NCBI GenBank assembly: GCA_030390025.1
Contig: CM059432.1
Coordinates: forward strand, 54,748,001-54,812,000
From: Squalus acanthias
Lineage: Eukaryota
Length of the DNA stretch: 64,000 nt
Reading direction: 5' to 3'
Under the pieces are notes generated by a model. That model was not told the origin of the DNA. It did not search any database and saw nothing but the letters and a program-made list of their open reading frames with translations. Shown here in pieces: positions 26,555-38,660 of this stretch (the stretch's first letter is position 1; every line of letters begins with the position of its first letter). Made by a program: the position numbers and the translations under genes.

Positions 26555-26772
26555 AGTTTCCCAATGACTCAGCTGGTTTATCCACAGAATAGTTAAGCCA
26601 TACAGGGCAGGAAGGTCCTCGTGTTTGATGCCATGTTAGCTGATCTTAGCTGGGACAGTGGTAGGAGTAATACAATTGATCTCGATGCCTCTGAGTCATG
26701 GAGGGGAACAAAGGCAACTAGGGTTTTGCTAACTAGCACCACCTGCTGGAAGTTTATTTATGTGGCCATCAA
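26555..26772 (+). mobile_element. LF-SINE-like element, 5' part, decayed
   Basis: AGCCATACAG..CAGGAAGGTCC, GTTAGCTGATCT.AGC.GGG, TACAATTG and GGAGGGGAA blocks occur in LF-SINE order as I recall it. Confidence 0.7.
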
Positions 26773-28059
26773 GGGCTCGATTTTGCCAGGCCCGAGGAGG
26801 CGGGATTGGAGGCGTGTGAGGTGTTAAAATCGCAAAAAATGGCGGGCGGCTCCGATCCCGCCTCCAAGCAATTTTCCCAGAATCGGGGTTTCAGACCCCG
26901 TTTCCATCCCGCCTCCAAGAGGTGGGATAGGCCCTTAACAACCAGTTAATTGCCTCTATAATCCCATTTTGAGAGGCCTTTCTGATTTTAACACATTTCC
27001 CCCATCCTGCACGTCTCCTCTGGAACACGCCAGTTAATCCTGGCGGCCTCACAAGTGGATTGCTTACTAACAGCTGCAGCTCCACCATTAAAAAGGAGTT
27101 TTCACCAATGATCATTTGCAGGTGGCAGAACTTTGTTGTCTCAGGTCTGGGGGAACTTTTAGCAGGCCTACTCATTGTTGTGGAAGTTTGGAGTCTGACA
27201 CCCATCTCCAGTGTGACCTCCTGGGAAACCCCTCTCCCCACCTTGACTGAGCGTTTCCTCAACTGAAGCATATACCAGAAGCATGGGAACCATTTATTTC
27301 CTTTCCTCCTGGACATCAGATTCAGACAAAGACCAGCCGTGGCAGCAGCAGAACCATGAACAACAGCAGCCCCAACAGCAGCAGCAACAGCAGGAGCACC
27401 AAGCTGCTGCTCACCCACCTGAAGCTGCACAGGCCAGAAGGCGCCAGCACGCGACCACATTGCTGCCCGGGATGTAAGGGACGCACTCATGTTGGCCAGA
27501 TTTGCTTAGCCTGCACAATCAAACACTTTTGCCTCGCACCTTCTTACCAGAGCATCGACAATGGACAAGAACCTGCGGATTCCTATCACTCTGACCACCA
27601 TACTGACAATTGTAAGTCGCTCTAAGCCCTCAATGTGGAAGTCCCATTTGCGAAATGACACAGGCCACAACTTCAACAGTTTGCCATCAGAATTTTTTAT
27701 CACAACAAGCAACTGATGGCATTTCAAAAATAAACACAACATAACACCCAAGTGACTACTCTTGTGACTACTTGTGCATTATCTTCCTCTTAAGCGTGCT
27801 CCGACATGGTGCTTCCCCTGTGGCTACAGCAGATGTGGAGGCCCCTTGCTCACTTTCTTGCTGCTCCTGTCTCGACACCTTTGGCGGCCGTCCTCTGGGG
27901 TTGCGAACCTGTGAGGGCTCGGCAATGGTCTGCTGCTCCTGCGGCTGTGCAGGGGATGAGACGCCCATCTCAGTTGGGTGAGGACTCTGGTGGGGCTCTG
28001 ACCGAGAGCTTTGCAGTGGCATGGTCGTGTGAGCGCTTGGAGAGGAGCCCCCACTTCCT
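26773..28059 (+). mobile_element. Internally deleted Harbinger: left end, transposase termini only, 3' end of the Myb/SANT gene
   Basis: TIR-like GGGCTCGATTTT; Gln-rich N-terminus from 27283 joined near 27455 to C-terminal AARDVRDALMLARFA*; ORF 27768..28022(-) homologous to 13191..13550(-). Confidence 0.8.
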
Positions 28060-29257
28060 TGTTGTCTGCCACCAACATCCCTCTCATGGGTCTGAAGGGA
28101 TAATTACAAGTCCTAGCCCTTCTCGGGCTACCCCAGATCAGGCATATTCCCCAGACATTCACCTTCAACTAAAGTTAGCGGTAGCCGAATCCTAGAGACG
28201 CTTAATTGGGTCTAAAGGTCAGACTACCTCTCCCTAAAGGAAAGATACGACCTGAAGATGTTACCATCCTCCGGATAGCACTTTTAATAAGTTTAACTAG
28301 ACTGTAACCTTCCGGACATTATGAGGGTCCGGAAAACCCCCCAGAATTCTGCAACTCCTCACAGAAAAATGTACAGAAATTGAGTTCGCAAGTTTGATAC
28401 AGAAATACTCTGTGAGACAATTTAAAAAAAATATATAGATTTATTAAAGAACTGACATGTAGTTAACAGCTGTTGATTTCAATCGCAACTTTAACAGCCC
28501 AAAATACAAATAGCTTACATTTCTTATCAGAGATCCTTATTCTCAAATCTTAACTTCGTTACATTTCCACACTTCTACTTATTCTTAATCCAGAATATCC
28601 ACCAAAATCAAATACCTTGATTACCCGAGACTCAAAGAGTTGTAGGCCTACAGAGTGGTTCTGAAGGCAAGAATCGCTCTGCTCCTTCCAGCGACTTCTG
28701 TTTTCCCATTTGAAAAGCTCTATTTTTATACCTTTTTTTAGTGGTTTATCCTTTGAAGTTTTCTGCTGATGTAAGCTCATTATCTCTAGCCATACCTCTG
28801 TTGACTTCTTTCTATTCTTACTGTTAATTCAGCTGTTAGCTTGCAGAATTCTGTCTGCTGTATAGGCATTTCAAAACTTATCATAAAAAATAATGTAACA
28901 GCAGTATCTATTTGATGCCATTCTTAGCAAGGTCTTCCATTGATTCTTAATATTGGCTTAACTGCTTGTATTACAGACTTCTCGTCTCTTTGTGTTCCAA
29001 GTTCAACACATAAACAATGTGATTGCTTGGTACATCTATTGATGTAATATTTACAAAGTCTCCTGTTTGTACCTTTTACAACATGTAAATTAAAAACACT
29101 TCATCTAGGGTGTTCTTTGCATTTCTTAGCTACTTCAATTGGTTGTATATATAATTGTGTTTCCTGTTTCATTTGATGTTACTTTTACAAAGGCACATGG
29201 TTTTTTAATGTTCTGGTGAGAGATTTCAGTCACAACCTCTTTTGTGAACCGAAAACA
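28060..29257 (-). mobile_element. Probable solo LTR (1198 bp) without matching TSD
   Basis: Termini TGTT...AACA; on the minus strand TATAAAAA (about 28730) lies upstream of AATAAA (about 28440); sharp boundaries with Harbinger sequence on both sides. Confidence 0.6.
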
Positions 29258-29449
29258 TCTCACGCACCGGTCATCGCTGAAGTTGAGGTAAGGGAATTGC
29301 TCCCTGAAGACCATCGGTGGATATGGCCTCCTGCTGAGTGCCCTGATCCCCCTCCTCCATCTTCTAGCAGCTTGTCCTGCACTGTGTAGACTCTCTTCAT
29401 TCTCCTAGTCATTTTCAATTGCCAGAGGAAGCCCTGCCAGGCCACCCAT
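29258..29449 (-). pseudogene. N-terminal fragment of a second-family Harbinger transposase
   Basis: Translates to RRGIRALSRRPYPPMVFREQFPYLNFSDDRCVR, homologous to 52340-52649. Confidence 0.8.
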
Positions 29450-29498
29450 GTCTGGAAGCGACTTCTTTCAGCATAATATTTGTCTTTTAAAAGCCTAT

Positions 29499-29990
29499 GG
29501 GAGTTAAATTGGGCCGCTTAGTGCCCGTTTTCTTGTGGCCACATAAGGTTTCAAAATGTGGTCCAAGATGCACACACAGACTTCTGACGGGAAGTGCACA
29601 GGACGCCATCTTGGTTAAGGGGCTTGAGCGTCTGCACCTAATGACCGCCAACAGCATGCAGAGCAGGCAGATCATGACGCGAATCAGTGTGCAATGCTGA
29701 TTTGAAGCCACCGCTGCTGTTTTGGAAGTCCATGCTCCAGCCAATGCCCTGTCTTAACCTCACACAGCTGAACACAAGATTAAATGGCATGAAGGACCCC
29801 CCAGCAGCGCTATTTAAAGGGATTATGAAGTACATACAGGTTAGTTGCTGGATTATTTCTTCTGGCTGCTGGTGCAATTGTACACATTTTTGGAACTTTC
29901 TTAAACTTGGCTAGTTTTTTAGTACTCAACAGGGAGTGGTCTGGCTTACCTTGCAGTCCTCTTTGTGTCTCTTGTCAGACATATTACTAT
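29499..29990 (+). mobile_element. Left-end fragment of a Harbinger-type element
   Basis: TIR-like GGGAGTTAAATTGG; TATTTAAAGGGAT...CAGGTTAGT block similar to 52146-52190. Confidence 0.45.
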
Positions 29991-30205
29991 CTCTAGCTTT
30001 TTGAATCTGTTATTAAAAAGGATAAGGAAGGAATTACCCAAAACCGGCTACCATGGAATCATACTCTAGCAAGGATCCAATATCTTCAGGAGAGAGGACG
30101 AGGGGAGGAAATATTTTTCAATGTTATGCACTTCATAATAGCTGGTGCAAAGCAACTTTGGTGGAGATCTGGGAGAAAATAGATGGACATTGTATTCTTT
30201 CAAGA

Positions 30206-33200
30206 GGGTACGGTAGCATAGTGGTTATGTTACTGGACTAGTAATCCAGAGGACTGGACTAATGATCTGGAGACGGGAGATCAAATCCCACCACGACATC
30301 TGGGGAATTTAAATTCAATTAAATAAATCTGGAATAAATAGCTAGTATCAGTAATGGTAACTATGAAACTACCGGATTGTCATAAAAACCCATCTGGTTC
30401 ACTAATGTCCTTTAGGGAAGGAAATCTGCCATCCTTACCTGGTCTGGCCTATATGTCTCTCCAGACCCACAGCGATGTGATTCATTCTTAACTGCCCTTG
30501 AAGTGGTCTAGCAAGCCACCCAGTTGTACCAAACTGCTACAGAAAACAAAACAGACCACTCGGCACCGGCTTCGGACACGACAAAGGCACACCCAGCCCA
30601 GTCGACCCTGCAAAGTCCTCCTCTGGGGACTTGTGCTGAAATTGGGAGAGCTGTCCCACAGACTAGCCAAGCAACAGCCTGACAGAACCATGCAGGACAG
30701 ACCCACCAGAGGAGGCGGCACTGTGGTATACAGTCGGGAGGCAGAGGCCCTGGGCGTTGTCAACATTGACTCCGGACCCCATGATGTCTCATGGCTGCAG
30801 GTCAAGCATGGGCAAGGAAATCTCCTGCTAATTACCACCTACCACCCTCCCTTAACTGATGAATCAGCCCTCCTCCATCTTGGAAGAAGCACTGAGGGTA
30901 GCAAGGGCACAGAATGTACTCTGGGTGGGGGACTTCAATCATCGGTAGCACCACTACTGACCGAGCTGGCCACGTCCTGAAGGACATAGCTGTGAGACTG
31001 GGCCTGTGGCAGGTGGTGAGAGAACCAACACGAGGGAAAAACCTACTTGACCTCGTCCTCATCAATCTGCCTGTCACAGATGCATCTGTCCATGACAGTA
31101 TTGGTAGCAGTGACCACCGCAGTCATTGTGGAGATGAAGTCCCGTCTTCACACTGAGGACACCTTCCATCGTATTGTGTGGCACTACCACCGTGCTAAAC
31201 GGGATAGATTCAGAACAGACCTAACCTAGCATCTCAAAACTGGATATCCATGAGGTGTTGTGGGCCATCAGCAGCAGCAGAATTGTATTCCACCAGAATC
31301 TGTAACCTCATGGCCCAGCATATCCCTCACTCTAACGTTACCATCAAGCCAAGCGACCAACCCTGGCTCAATGAGGATTGTAGAAGAGCATGCCAGGAGC
31401 AGCACCAGGCATACCTAAAAATGAGGTGCCAACCTGGGGAAGCTGCAACACAGGATTACATGCATGCTAAACAGCGAAAGCAGCATGCTATAGACAGAGC
31501 TAAGCGATTTCACAACCAATGGATCAGATCAAAGCTTTGCAGTCCTGCCACATCCAGTCATGAATGGTGGTAGTCGATTAAACAACTAACGGGAGGAGAA
31601 GTCTCCATGAACACGAGTGCAAAAGACAAGGCTGAAGCATTTGCAACCATCTTCAGCCAGAAGTCCCGAGTGGATGATCCATCTCGGCCTCCTCCTGAGG
31701 TCCCCACCATCACAGAAGCCAGTCTTCTGCCAATTCGATTCACTCCACGTGATATATCAAGAAACTGGATACAGCAAAGGCTGTGGGCCCCGACAACAAC
31801 CCGGCTGTCGTGCTGAAGACTTGTGCTCCAGAACTAGCGGCACCTCTAGCAAAGCTGTTCCAATACAATAACAACACTGGCATCTACCCGACAATGTGGA
31901 AAACTGCCCAGGTATGTCCTCTCCACAAAAAGCAGGACAAATCCAACCCAGCCAATTACCGCCCCATCAGTCTACTCTCAATCATCAGCAAAGTGATGGA
32001 AGGTGTCATCGACAGTGCTATCAAGTGACACTTACTCACCAATAACCTGCTCACTGATGCTCAGTTTGGGTTCCGCCAGGGCCACTCAGCTCCTGGCGGA
32101 CCTCATTACAGCCTTGGTCCAAAAATGGACAAAAGAGCTGAACTCCAGAGGTGAGGTGAGAGTGACTGCCCTTGACATCAAGGCAGCATTTGACAGAGTG
32201 TGGCATCAAGGAGTCCTAGTAAAATTGAAGTCAATGGGAATCAGGGGGAAAACTCTCCACTGGCTGGAGTCATACCTAGCACAAAGGAAGATAGTTGTGG
32301 TTGTTGGAGGTCAATCATCACAGCCCCAGGACATCGCTGCAGGAGTCCCTCAGAGCAGTGTCCTAGGCCCAACCATCTTCAGCTGCTTCATCAATGACCT
32401 TCCCTCCATCATAGGTTCAGACATGGGGATGTTCGCTGATAATTGCACAGTGTTCACAACTCCTCAGGTAATGAAGCAGTCCATGCCCGCATGCAACAAG
32501 ACCTGGACGATATTCAAGCATGGGCTGATAAGTGGCAAGTAACATTTGCCCCACACAAGTGCCAGGCAATGACTATCTCCAACAAGTGAGAGTCTAACCA
32601 CAGCCTCTTGACATTCAATGGCATTACCATCACCAAATCCCCCATCATCAACATCCTGGGGGTCACCATTGACCAGAAACTTAACTGGACCAGCCACATA
32701 AATAATGTGGCTACAAGAGCAGGTCAGAGGCTGAGTATTCTGCAGCGAGTGTCTCACCTCCTGAATCCCCAGAGCCTTTCCACCATCTACAAGGCACAAG
32801 TCAGGAATGTGATGAATACTCTCCACTTGCCTGGATGAGTGCAGCTTCAACAACACTCAAGCAGCGCGACACCATCCAGGACAAAGCAGCCCACTTGATT
32901 GGCACCCCATCCACCACCTTAAACATTCACTCCCTCCACCACTGGCGTACCGTGGCTGCAGTGTGTACCATCTACAAGGCTTCTTCGGCAGCACCTCCCA
33001 AACCCGCGACCTCTACCACCTAGAAGGACAAGGGCAGCAGGTGCATGGGAACACCACCACCTCCAAGTCGCACACCATCCTGACTTAGAAATATATCACC
33101 GATCCTTCATCGTCGCTGGGTCAAAATTCTGAAACTCCCTCCCTAACAGCACTGTGGGAGTACCTTCACCACAAGGACTGCAGCAGTTCAAGAAGGCGGC

Positions 33201-33291
33201 TCACCACCACCTTCTCAAGGGCAATTAGGGATGGGCAATAAATGCTGGCCTTGGCCACGATGCCCACATCCCAGGAACGAATAAAATAAAA
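30206..33291 (+). mobile_element. Near full-length single-ORF APE-RT LINE (family B) with tRNA-derived 5' head; frameshifted
   Basis: Head with A/B boxes at 30214-30289; APE motifs (KLGELSHRL, GGGTVVY, VREPTRGKNLLDLVL, SSDH); RT motifs (NYRPISLLS, LDIKAAFDRVWH, GVPQSSVLGP, FADN); A-rich tail. Confidence 0.9.
30214..30289 (+). promoter_or_regulatory. Type-2 Pol III internal promoter-like region (tRNA-derived)
   Basis: A box TAGCATAGTGG; anticodon arm CTGGA-CTAGTAA-TCCAG; second arm CTGGA-CTAATGA-TCTGG; T arm GGGAGATCAAATCCC (GAGTTCAAATCCC in the copy near 57545). Confidence 0.7.
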
Positions 33292-35130
33292 GTACACATA
33301 ATGCTCTGGATAGACTGTAAATGTTAAGAACACAAGAAGCAAAGTCTTTGAAAAGGGTTAAGTTAAGGTTCTGAGCATAGCAGCTGCAGACATTGAGGTT
33401 AAGCCTAATATTTACCATTATGGCCTGCTAGCTATGTCAAATCATAAAATTGGTAGTGGATGGAATGACAAACAGCTTCCCTAGCTTGGCTAACTATGCC
33501 TCAGAACTTCTCCTGTGCCTGAATTTCCAACAATCCCACCACATTGATGGCCTTTGGAAGTTACTGCATTCCCAGCCTCACACTTGCCGAGCAGATCATT
33601 GGAGGCCATTATGTTGAGTGAGACCAGGCATATTGGTCACTTCAGTTACGGAAGTGGGACCTGCTTTAGAGTCTAGGCCTTGATTGTGGCCTGGACCCCC
33701 GAGATATGAGGTCATTGTTTTTTGTTATTGGTCCTCGAGGGAGCATTGGGGGACTGATTTATGGAGAGCGGGGGCCAGTGGCGGGGTAGGGGGGAGGGCA
33801 GTGGACTGCACCTTTCAGCTGGCCCGGTTTCTTCCACCACAGTATGCGGACTTTTTCAGTGAGTGGCTGCATTCCTAGTGGCGCAGGCAGCCACCCAAGC
33901 TATTACAATTAAGGGACCTCCCCTTGACCCCACAAACTTTGGCAGGTGCAGCCTCCGCAGATCTTCGGCCCCACTCTCTTTAGACTCTGGTCTTACCATT
34001 CTCTCTCAGGGCATCACAGCAGCAATAACTGTTGTACTTTTACATGAGGCAGGGGTCTGAAGGACTGAGCTGAACGGTAGGCTAAGCAAATAACCACAGC
34101 AGATGTCCAAAAGTGATATAGAAGAACGTGTACATTTCATAAAAGACAGTACAAGCAAGAAAGCAATTAGCAATTAGCAATTGTCCCTTGTTGTCCAAAT
34201 CTAGGCTTATTTAGTGTTTTTGCATTGTTCAGAATACTCAAGCTGTAGATTTTTTTAAATAGTTTAGCTTATTTGAGTGTTTAAACCATTGAAGTAATTT
34301 GTTTTGATTTCCTTTGGCAATAAAGCTTTTATTACTGGGGAGGCAGTGTTATGGAATGATGCAACTGTGTAAAATCTTTAAAAAATATATATTTGACAGA
34401 TCTGTGCAAAAGCCACATCGCAATAGTTTGCACTTGGTAAATCTGACACTTTCCCAGCAGCTCAGAACAGATGGTTCAAAACTAAGCCTGGCTGAAAACT
34501 TCCCTCAAACTATCACAGTGCACCTTTATCAGTTAATTTACTCCATTTTTTAAATGACTTCATAATATAAATTCCACAATTTCCCCTGGTACCCTTTCGG
34601 AGTTTGAGAATGAAGAAGATAGGTATGACAGACAGGCTTGGTTATTTACTTTTCCTGCATCCAAACAGAAGTACTTTTGCTGGAAAAGAAAACTAGCTGT
34701 GTAGAGAAATATTACATTTATGCTAGATCCCTCATGGCTTATTCAAAGCTTATCCACTTAAGTATGTTATTGGAGAAAGCTGGGTTCTCCTTCCTTCAGT
34801 TAAGACAAGAGTGACTTTTGCTATAGGGAGAAGGTGAGTTGATTCCCAGCACTGGAGCTTAGAGTCTCAGAACAAATTTGGATTTCACTGGCAAGGGCCT
34901 TCAGAGCATATATGCTTGGCAAATAACCTTCAATTTAGTCATCCTTATGAAATGTTTTACTGCTTTATGTGCTCTCTGTTATCTGGGGTCTTTTTACATT
35001 AAGTTTACCCCATCAACAGTGGGATTTTTCTTCAATGATATGTTACTTCTGATTCAGAGATAGCTCACTGTAAAGCATCAGTTTCGACCATGAGCTATTA
35101 TATTCACCACCTCCTCACTTTGCTCCTCTT

Positions 35131-35495
35131 CAACAACAACAACAACAACTTGTATTTATATAGCACCTTTAACGTAGTAAAACATCCCAAGGTGCTTCGC
35201 AGGAGCATTACCAAACAAAATTTGACACCAAGCCACATAAGGAGAAATTAGGGCAGATGATCAAAAGCTTGGTCAAAGAGGTAGGTTTTAAGGAGCGTCT
35301 TAAAGAAGGAAGGAGAGGCAGAGAGGCAGAGAGGTTTAGGGAGGGAATTCCAGAGCTTAGGGCCCAGGCAGCTGAAGGCACGGCCACCAATGGTTGAGTG
35401 ATTAATATCAGGGATGCTCAAAGAGGCCAGAATTAGAGGAGTGCAGATATCTTGGGGGGTTTATGGGCTGGAGGAGATTACAGAGATAGGGAGAC
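35131..35495 (-). mobile_element. L2 LINE 3' end with (TTG)n tail
   Basis: Closely similar to 45920-46110 plus 48073-48235 and to 60920-61023. Confidence 0.82.
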
Positions 35496-35824
35496 ATGTA
35501 AAAGAGTTAATGCCAGGCACGTATAAGAGTTACCCAAAATTATAAAACAATCACTTATTTCAGCAATTTAAAAATAAGTAAATTTTCTGCTCTCACAATA
35601 TCTAAACAGAAGCTGCATTACAGGCTTTGTATTCACGTGAACAGAACACAGCTGATCGCCCAGGGTTGGATTTAATTGGAAATGCATGGCGAGCACTTGA
35701 ACTGCATTGAGCCTCACAATTACAGTTCACTTAACGGAGAGTGGAATATCCAGCATGGCAGCTCTTAAAGAGATAATATTAATTGGAAGAAAAAGCACAG
35801 AATAAGGGCATGATTTTCTTCAAT

Positions 35825-37640
35825 GGGCCATAATTTGCTGTCAAAATAACAGGGAGGCTAATGGCACTCTCTGTTATTTATGCGCAAATGCTACGGCAAC
35901 TTTAGGCGAGGACAAATGTGCGGTTAAACACGGAAATCCAAAAGTTGCTGTCCGAGACATAAAAAACCTGCAAGGGGACATAGACAGGCTAAGTAAGTGG
36001 GCAGAGATTTGGCAGATGGAATACAACACTGGAAAGTGTGAGGTGATGCACTTTGGCAGGAAAAATCCTAGAGCAATTTATTATCTTAATGGCAAGAAAC
36101 TGGAGAGTACTGAAGTGCAAAGGGATCTGGGGGTCCTGGTGCACGAAACTCAAAAGGTTAGTATGCAGGTGCAGCAAGTGATTAAGAAGGCAAATGGAAT
36201 GTTGGCTTTCATTGCTAGGGGGATAGAATATAAAAATAGGGAGGTATTGCTTCAGTTGTACAAGGTATTGGTGAGACCGCACCTGGAATACTGCATACAG
36301 TTTTGGTGTCCTTACTTAAGGAAAGACATCCTTGCTCTCGAGGCAGTGCAAAAAAGGTTCACTCGGTTAATCCCGGGGATGAGGGGGTGGTCATATGAGG
36401 AGAGGTTGGGTAGATTGGGACTCTACTCATTGGAGTTCAGAAGAATGAGAGGCGATCTTATTGAAACATGTAAGATTGTGAAGGGGTTGGATCGGGTGGA
36501 TGCGGGGAGGATGTTCCCGATGACGGGTGAGACGAGAACTAGGGGACATAGTCTTAGAATAAGGGGCTGCTCTTTCAAAACTGAGATGAGGAGGAACTAC
36601 TTCACTCAGAGGGTGGTAGGTCCATGGAATATGCTGCCACAAAAAGCTGTAGAAGCTACAACATTAATTAAATTTAAAACAGAAATAGACAGTTTCCTAG
36701 AAGTAAAGGGCATTAAGGGTTACGGGGAGCGGGCAGGAATTTGGACATGAGTCTAGGTTCGGATCGGTCATGGCCCTGTGGGTAGTGGAGCGGGCCCAGG
36801 GACTGTGTAGCCTGATTCTGCTCCTATTTCGTGTGTGCAATTCTGTTAGATGCAGGAGATGGTTCTGTGATAGATAGTAGATTGGCGGTTAGGATCAGAT
36901 CAGCCATGATCTTATTGAATGGCGGAGCAGGCTCGAGGGGCCGATTGGCCTACTCCTGCTCCTATTTCTTATGTTCTTATGTTCTTATGAGATGCACTGC
37001 TCCACCATTAGCTTTGCGAAAACAGCATCTCACTGTCTGCCTCACCATTGAAATGCATTGAATGGTGTGAAGTTGCTGTATTTGTGCAGTAGATATGAAC
37101 TAAACTCACGCCAGAAAGTCCAGTCTTGTCAATTTCAGTCTAAGTGCACTTTTAACGATGTGATAAGTGTTAATTATTGCCAGTCAACCTCTCTGGCACT
37201 GAAAATGTTCTACTACAAGTGTGGACTCTCATTCCTTCAGGTTTTAATTGTTGGTGGAGATTTTTTAAATAAAACTTTTAAAAGTGATTTTTTTATTCTT
37301 CTGTCTTTTTTATTCTCTCCCTTGATCCAGTCTTTCTTTTCCTTTCTTTATTTCTCTTTCTGTACCTGATTTGACATTGAATTCACCCATTCTAATTTAT
37401 ACTTCCTTCTCAGTCCTTGCTCTGTTAATTTCAAAATCTTTCAATCAGAATGGTTAAGGAGATACACAGTTGCTTGTCCTGTTCACTCAGGTCCCAGATG
37501 CCCTGTTTCCCTCACTGTGATGTTATCAGCTCGCACTTTCAGCAACTTGCCATGCAAAAAATGTAAGAACTAAATGTGCAAGGCTAAGTGTAACTAACAA
37601 CAGACACCATTAGATTCACTCCTACAGCAAATAATGGCCC
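35825..37640. mobile_element. Harbinger-type MITE (about 780 bp net) hosting a CR1
   Basis: TIRs GGGCCATAATTTGCTGT / ACAGCAAATAATGGCCC (16/17); exact TSD AAT; inverted homologue at 39839-40618. Confidence 0.88.
35958..36988 (+). mobile_element. 5'-truncated CR1 with a doubled 3' UTR
   Basis: Open ORF 36016..36750 with CR1 C-terminal motifs; (TTCTTATG)n tail; flanking GAGA repeat. Confidence 0.92.
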
Positions 37641-38069
37641 AATGACAGTTTTACTGCCAGAAATGCAGGGGAACTGCACTTTCACTCACTAGTTTTACAC
37701 TACTGAGAACCAGCACAAATTTCCTCAGTGCACCTTCATTAGATAGGCATTGTGGGCTCCAGTGCTATTAGCAGACCCTATAGGGAGTCTGCCTCAGGAG
37801 GGAGAAGAAAACCCAATGCTGCTGCAGCATACTGAAAGGGCCAAAACAGCCATTTTGTGTCTGTAACAATGTTGCTTGCTGCAATGTCTGAGGCTGGTGC
37901 TTCTTCAGGACACCAAGCCCATAAACTTAAAGGCTCTTCAGTTACTGTATGTAATCTGGTAAAGAAGAACCCAGCTTTTTGGCCCCAAAGAATGGCAATA
38001 TTTTGGGAGCAGGCTCATTCCAGGGGGCACTTATGCATCAGGATCATGTCAGGTCCATGCTAATGACCT

Positions 38070-38660
38070 GAACATAGAAATACAGACAAGTTCAAGTCCA
38101 TTCAGGTGGAGTGCTCAGGTGTAGAGGAAAGAGGTAAATCAGTGCTATAGACTCTTGAGATGATGAAAGCATGGATAAGGGTTTCAACAGTGACGTGGGA
38201 TGAGGAAAGGGTGGAGTGGGGAACGTTACGGATGATGAAGTAAGTTATCTCAGTGATGGATCAGATATGGCGTTTAAAGCTCAATTCAGGGTCAAACAGA
38301 ACACCAAGGGTATGTATTGTCTGGTTCATCTTGAGCAATCAGTTAGGGATGGGAAAAGAGTCGGGAGCACATGTATGTAGTTTATGGAAGGAGTCGAAAA
38401 TGGACTCTAGCTTACCAATGTTCAGTTGGAAAGTCTGGCTCATTCACAACTTGATGCCAGATAGTCTGATCGAACACAGAGGACCATGGAATTGAGGGTT
38501 GTCGATACGTATAGAAACTTGGCTCTGGATAGTCTCTGAGGGGCAGCATGTAAATGAGGAAAAGGAGGAGCCGTAGGACATAACCTTGGGGTACTCCAGA
38601 GGTCACCAGGCAGGACAGGTGGAGAAGGCATTCGCTGGAAATGTGCTAATTATGGTGGAA
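38070..38660 (-). mobile_element. Old L2 RT fragment
   Basis: TSGVPQGYVLRLLLFLIYMLPL (ORF 38412..38606). Confidence 0.7.

Noticed and set aside
27340..27400. Poly-Gln host protein (also 11700-11745 and 49765-49810)
   Set aside because: These are the low-complexity N-termini of Harbinger transposases
34558..34630. Possible host exon ending EFENEEDR|GT
   Set aside because: In-frame stop just upstream, no convincing acceptor, no recognisable homology
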